Assembly (NCBI GenBank): GCA_963819095.1
Contig: CAWFUO010000012.1
Coordinates: 145,701-209,700 of the forward strand
Direction: 5' to 3'
Source of the DNA: Candidatus Dormiibacterota bacterium
Lineage (GTDB): Bacteria > Chloroflexota > Dormibacteria > Aeolococcales > Aeolococcaceae
Length of the DNA stretch: 64,000 nt
Part shown: positions 59,562-64,000 of the stretch, piece after piece
How positions within the stretch are numbered: the first letter of the stretch is position 1
How the letters are laid out: every line of letters starts with the position of its first letter
Program-made: the position numbers and the translations under genes
Notes under the pieces: generated by a model
Database searches by the model: none
What the model saw: the letters and a program-made list of their open reading frames with translations, nothing else
Told to the model about the DNA's origin: nothing

Positions 59562-60773
59562 CTAAGCGCGCCCCTCCTCGCGTTTCAGCTCCTCGCGTCC
59601 GATGATCGAGTAGTGCACCTCGTCCGGCCCGTCCATGAACCGGGCCGATCGCGCATACGCGAACATCTGCGTCAGAGGCAGGTCCTGCGACACGCCGGCC
59701 CCGCCATGCACCTGGATGGCACGATCAATCACCGCCTGCGCGATGTTCGGCGCAACCACCTTGATCGCCGAGATCTCGAACCGCGCGCCCAGGCTGCCCT
59801 TCGTGTCGAGCAGCCACGCCGCCTTCTGGCACAACAACCTCGCCTGCTCGATCTCGATGCGCGACCTGGCAATCTGCTCGCGCACCACGCCCTGTTCCGC
59901 AAGGCGTTTCCCGAACGCGGTACGCGACTTTGCACGCTCACACATCAACGACAACGCCCGTTCAGCAGCGCCGATCAACCGCATGCAGTGATGCAGCCGG
60001 CCCGGGCCCAGCCGCGCCTGCGCGATCATGAACGCGGTCCCCTCATCACCGATGCGATTGGACTGCGGCACGCGCACATTCTCGAGCAGCACCTCGCAAT
60101 GGCTCCCCGGATCGTCGAAGCCAAACACCTTGAGCTGCCTGACGATCGTCACACCGGGTACGTCCATCGGCACCAGCACCATGGTGTGACGGGCATGCCG
60201 CTCCGCCTCGGGATCGGTCATCCCGATGAGCAGGATCACCTTGGCCTTGGGATGCGCCGCCCCGCTGGTGAACCACTTATGGCCATTGATGACGTAATCA
60301 CTGCCGTCGCGATCGATGCGCGTCGCCAGCTGCGTCGGATCGGAGCTCGCCACCTCCGGCTCGGTCATCCCGATGCACGAGCGGATCTCCCCCGCCAGCA
60401 GCGGCTGCAACCACTGATCCTGCTGCTCGGGAGTCCCGAACTGCACCAGCACTTCCATGTTTCCCGTGTCGGGAGCCGAGCAGTTCATGGCCTCCGAGGC
60501 GATCGAGCTCCAGCCCATGATCTCCGCCAGCGCGCCGTACTCGAGGTTGGTGAGGCCAGGACCGAAACGCTTGTCGGGGAGGAACAGATTCCAGAGGCCG
60601 CGCCGGCGCGCCTCGGTCTTCAGCTCCTCCATCACGGGTGAGATCCGCTGCGGGATCGTCTCGGCGGAGAAGCCGCGCCAGTACTCCTCCTCGGCCGGAC
60701 GGATGCGCTCATCCATGAAGCGCCAGACCTTCTCGCTGAGCTCACGCACCCTCGGCGTCTCCGCAAAATCCAT
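59562..60773 (-). CDS. acyl-CoA dehydrogenase
   Basis: ~400 aa with CIGMTEPEVASSDP, YVINGHKWFTSGA and C-terminal GGAGVSQDLPL motifs. The track ORF has a ~240-aa GC artefact N-terminal extension. Confidence 0.85.
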   Translation of the reverse strand: MDFAETPRVRELSEKVWRFMDERIRPAEEEYWRGFSAETIPQRISPVMEELKTEARRRGLWNLFLPDKRFGPGLTNLEYGALAEIMGWSSIASEAMNCSAPDTGNMEVLVQFGTPEQQDQWLQPLLAGEIRSCIGMTEPEVASSDPTQLATRIDRDGSDYVINGHKWFTSGAAHPKAKVILLIGMTDPEAERHARHTMVLVPMDVPGVTIVRQLKVFGFDDPGSHCEVLLENVRVPQSNRIGDEGTAFMIAQARLGPGRLHHCMRLIGAAERALSLMCERAKSRTAFGKRLAEQGVVREQIARSRIEIEQARLLCQKAAWLLDTKGSLGARFEISAIKVVAPNIAQAVIDRAIQVHGGAGVSQDLPLTQMFAYARSARFMDGPDEVHYSIIGREELKREEGRA

Positions 60774-60775
60774 GG

Positions 60776-61828
60776 TCAGCCTCCTTCGGTGGAACGCAAA
60801 CGGTCCAGTGCAGTGAGCCCGCTCTCGACGATGGCCGGCACCATCTCCCCCATCGTCTCGAAGCCCTCGCCGACGGTCATCCCCATCAGAAATCGGGCGG
60901 TGATGCCCTCGGCGATGATCGCGAGCTTGTATGCCCCGAGCGCGATGTACCAGTCGAGCGAGGTCAGGTCGCGCTGCGTACCCGCAGCGTAGTCGCGGAG
61001 CAGGTCGGCGCGCTTGTAGAAGCCGTCCTCGATGGTGATCGACCGGCCGTGCAGCGTGCGCGCCGCCGCCTCCGATTCCGAGTCTGCCCAGTACACGCAG
61101 AGCAGGCCCACATCGCAGAGCGGATCGCCGATGGTGCACATCTCCCAGTCGATCACGGCGACGATGCGCGACGGATCCGCGGGTGCGTACATGACGTTGT
61201 CGAGTCGATAGTCGCCGTGCACGATGCCCGGCGGCGACGGCGTGGGGACGGTCTCGTCGAGCCGGCGGCGCAGATCCTCGATGCTGGGCAGTTCGCGGGT
61301 CTTCGATGCCTCCCACTGCTGCCACCACCGCCGCACCTGTCGAGCGAGGAAACCGTCCGGATGCCCGAAGTCGCCGAGCCCGACGGCGTCGGGATCGATG
61401 GCGTGGAGTTGCAACAGCGTGTCGATCAGCGCCGACGACATCGCCCGCCGCGTCTCGGTGGTGTCGGGAAACTCGACCGGGAGCGTGTCGCGCACCACGT
61501 GGCCGTCGATCCACTCCATGACGTAGAAGCGTGCGCCGATGACGGAGTCGTCCTCGCAGAGCGCGATCACCTCGGGCACAGGGATTCCGGTGCCCTGCAA
61601 GGCCGCAAGCACCCGATACTCGCGTGCCATGTCGTGCGCGGTCGGCAGCACGTGCGCCAGGGGCGGACGCCGCACGACGAAGCGGCGCTGACCGTCATCG
61701 ACGATGTACGTGAGATTCGAGCGCCCACCAGGGATCAGCTCGCCTCGCAGCGCGCCCGCAAGTCCGCCGACGCGCGGCGCCAGATATGCGGCGAGCGCCT
61801 CCAAGTCGAGCCCCGGCGGCGACGTCAC
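60776..61828 (-). CDS. phosphotransferase (APH/ChoK-like kinase) family protein
   Basis: IVHGDYRLDNVM catalytic loop (HGD.N) and IDWEMCTIGDP (DFG-like D). The family is commonly paired with ACAD genes. Confidence 0.8.
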   Translation of the reverse strand: MTSPPGLDLEALAAYLAPRVGGLAGALRGELIPGGRSNLTYIVDDGQRRFVVRRPPLAHVLPTAHDMAREYRVLAALQGTGIPVPEVIALCEDDSVIGARFYVMEWIDGHVVRDTLPVEFPDTTETRRAMSSALIDTLLQLHAIDPDAVGLGDFGHPDGFLARQVRRWWQQWEASKTRELPSIEDLRRRLDETVPTPSPPGIVHGDYRLDNVMYAPADPSRIVAVIDWEMCTIGDPLCDVGLLCVYWADSESEAAARTLHGRSITIEDGFYKRADLLRDYAAGTQRDLTSLDWYIALGAYKLAIIAEGITARFLMGMTVGEGFETMGEMVPAIVESGLTALDRLRSTEGG

Positions 61829-62250
61829 TGAGGTGGCGGCGAGTGCCCGTGACGGCGGCGCCGGATCTCCGCGACCTGGAGTCGCAAGGTGGCACGCTCG
61901 AGAGCCATGACCGCCTCCTCGTTGTCCACGTTCTGCGCGAGAAGGTCCTGCGCTTTCTTGCGCGCCTCTTCCGCACGCGCCTCGTCGATGTCCTCGGCGC
62001 GCTCCGCCGCATCCGCGAGGATCGTCACCTTGTCGGGCAGGACCTCGAGGAACCCGCCTGACACCGCAAGCACATGTTCGGCGGCTTCATTGCGAATGGT
62101 GACGACGCCATTGCGCAGCGGCGTGAGCAGTGCGATGTGTTGCGGCAGGACCTCCAGGTCGCCCTCGATGCCGGGCGCGAGCACGAAGTCAGCTTCCTCG
62201 CTGAAGACGCGCCCCTCCGGGGTGACGAGTTCGACCTGAAGCTTGGCCAT
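61825..62250 (-). CDS. atpC: F0F1 ATP synthase subunit epsilon
   Basis: LQVELVTPEG...GGFLEV. 141 aa. Confidence 0.9.
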   Translation of the reverse strand: MAKLQVELVTPEGRVFSEEADFVLAPGIEGDLEVLPQHIALLTPLRNGVVTIRNEAAEHVLAVSGGFLEVLPDKVTILADAAERAEDIDEARAEEARKKAQDLLAQNVDNEEAVMALERATLRLQVAEIRRRRHGHSPPPQ

Positions 62251-62255
62251 CGCGG

Positions 62256-64000
<1,745 letters not shown>

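Overview
This is a high-GC (~70%) chromosomal window with actinobacterial-type housekeeping synteny. My guess at lineage is a deep-branching Actinomycetota such as Thermoleophilia or Rubrobacteria; that is inference from gene content and order only.

Recognisable genes include:
- gap-pgk-tpiA-gpmI, whiA, uvrC, ligA, pcrA, alr
- groES/groEL with a CIRCE operator upstream
- efeU and ideR with a perfect iron box between them
- tsaD-rimI and tsaB-tsaE-thiL
- glmS, cdaR, cdaA, argF, mreB, murA
- a class I fbaB aldolase
- the 3-prime end of the ATP synthase operon (atpG partial, atpD, atpC)

The main non-standard content is:
- (1) a 289-aa mini-intein interrupting PcrA helicase motif III
- (2) a ~1030-aa zinc-ribbon/adenylate-cyclase/AAA/TPR STAND protein translationally coupled into the uvrC-rapZ-whiA locus, where yvcK and the RapZ N-terminal domain are missing
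- (3) a second NB-ARC/TPR STAND NTPase with an unrecognised C-terminal domain, next to a DUF222-HNH (REP13E12-like) gene
- (4) an asparagine synthetase fused to a CofE-like (F420-0 gamma-glutamyl ligase-like) domain
- (5) a tandem 50-nt duplication that turns the argF stop / cdaA start overlap into a chain of GTGA-coupled 17-codon mini-ORFs
- (6) a structured leader upstream of a coiled-coil CHAP hydrolase that may be a c-di-AMP riboswitch
- (7) an ABC-2 transporter plus two-component module inserted inside the tsaE-tsaB / rimI-tsaD cluster

Many genes carry single-nucleotide frameshifts. A dense cluster of broken genes lies at 2.5-7.1 kb. Isolated single indels also occur in otherwise conserved genes (hbd, ligA, cdaR, mreB, the second STAND gene). 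This indicates real pseudogenisation, uncorrected indel sequencing errors, or both; it limits confidence in exact boundaries.

Many long ORFs in the six-frame track are GC-driven antisense artefacts. I found no rRNA, tRNA or CRISPR array.
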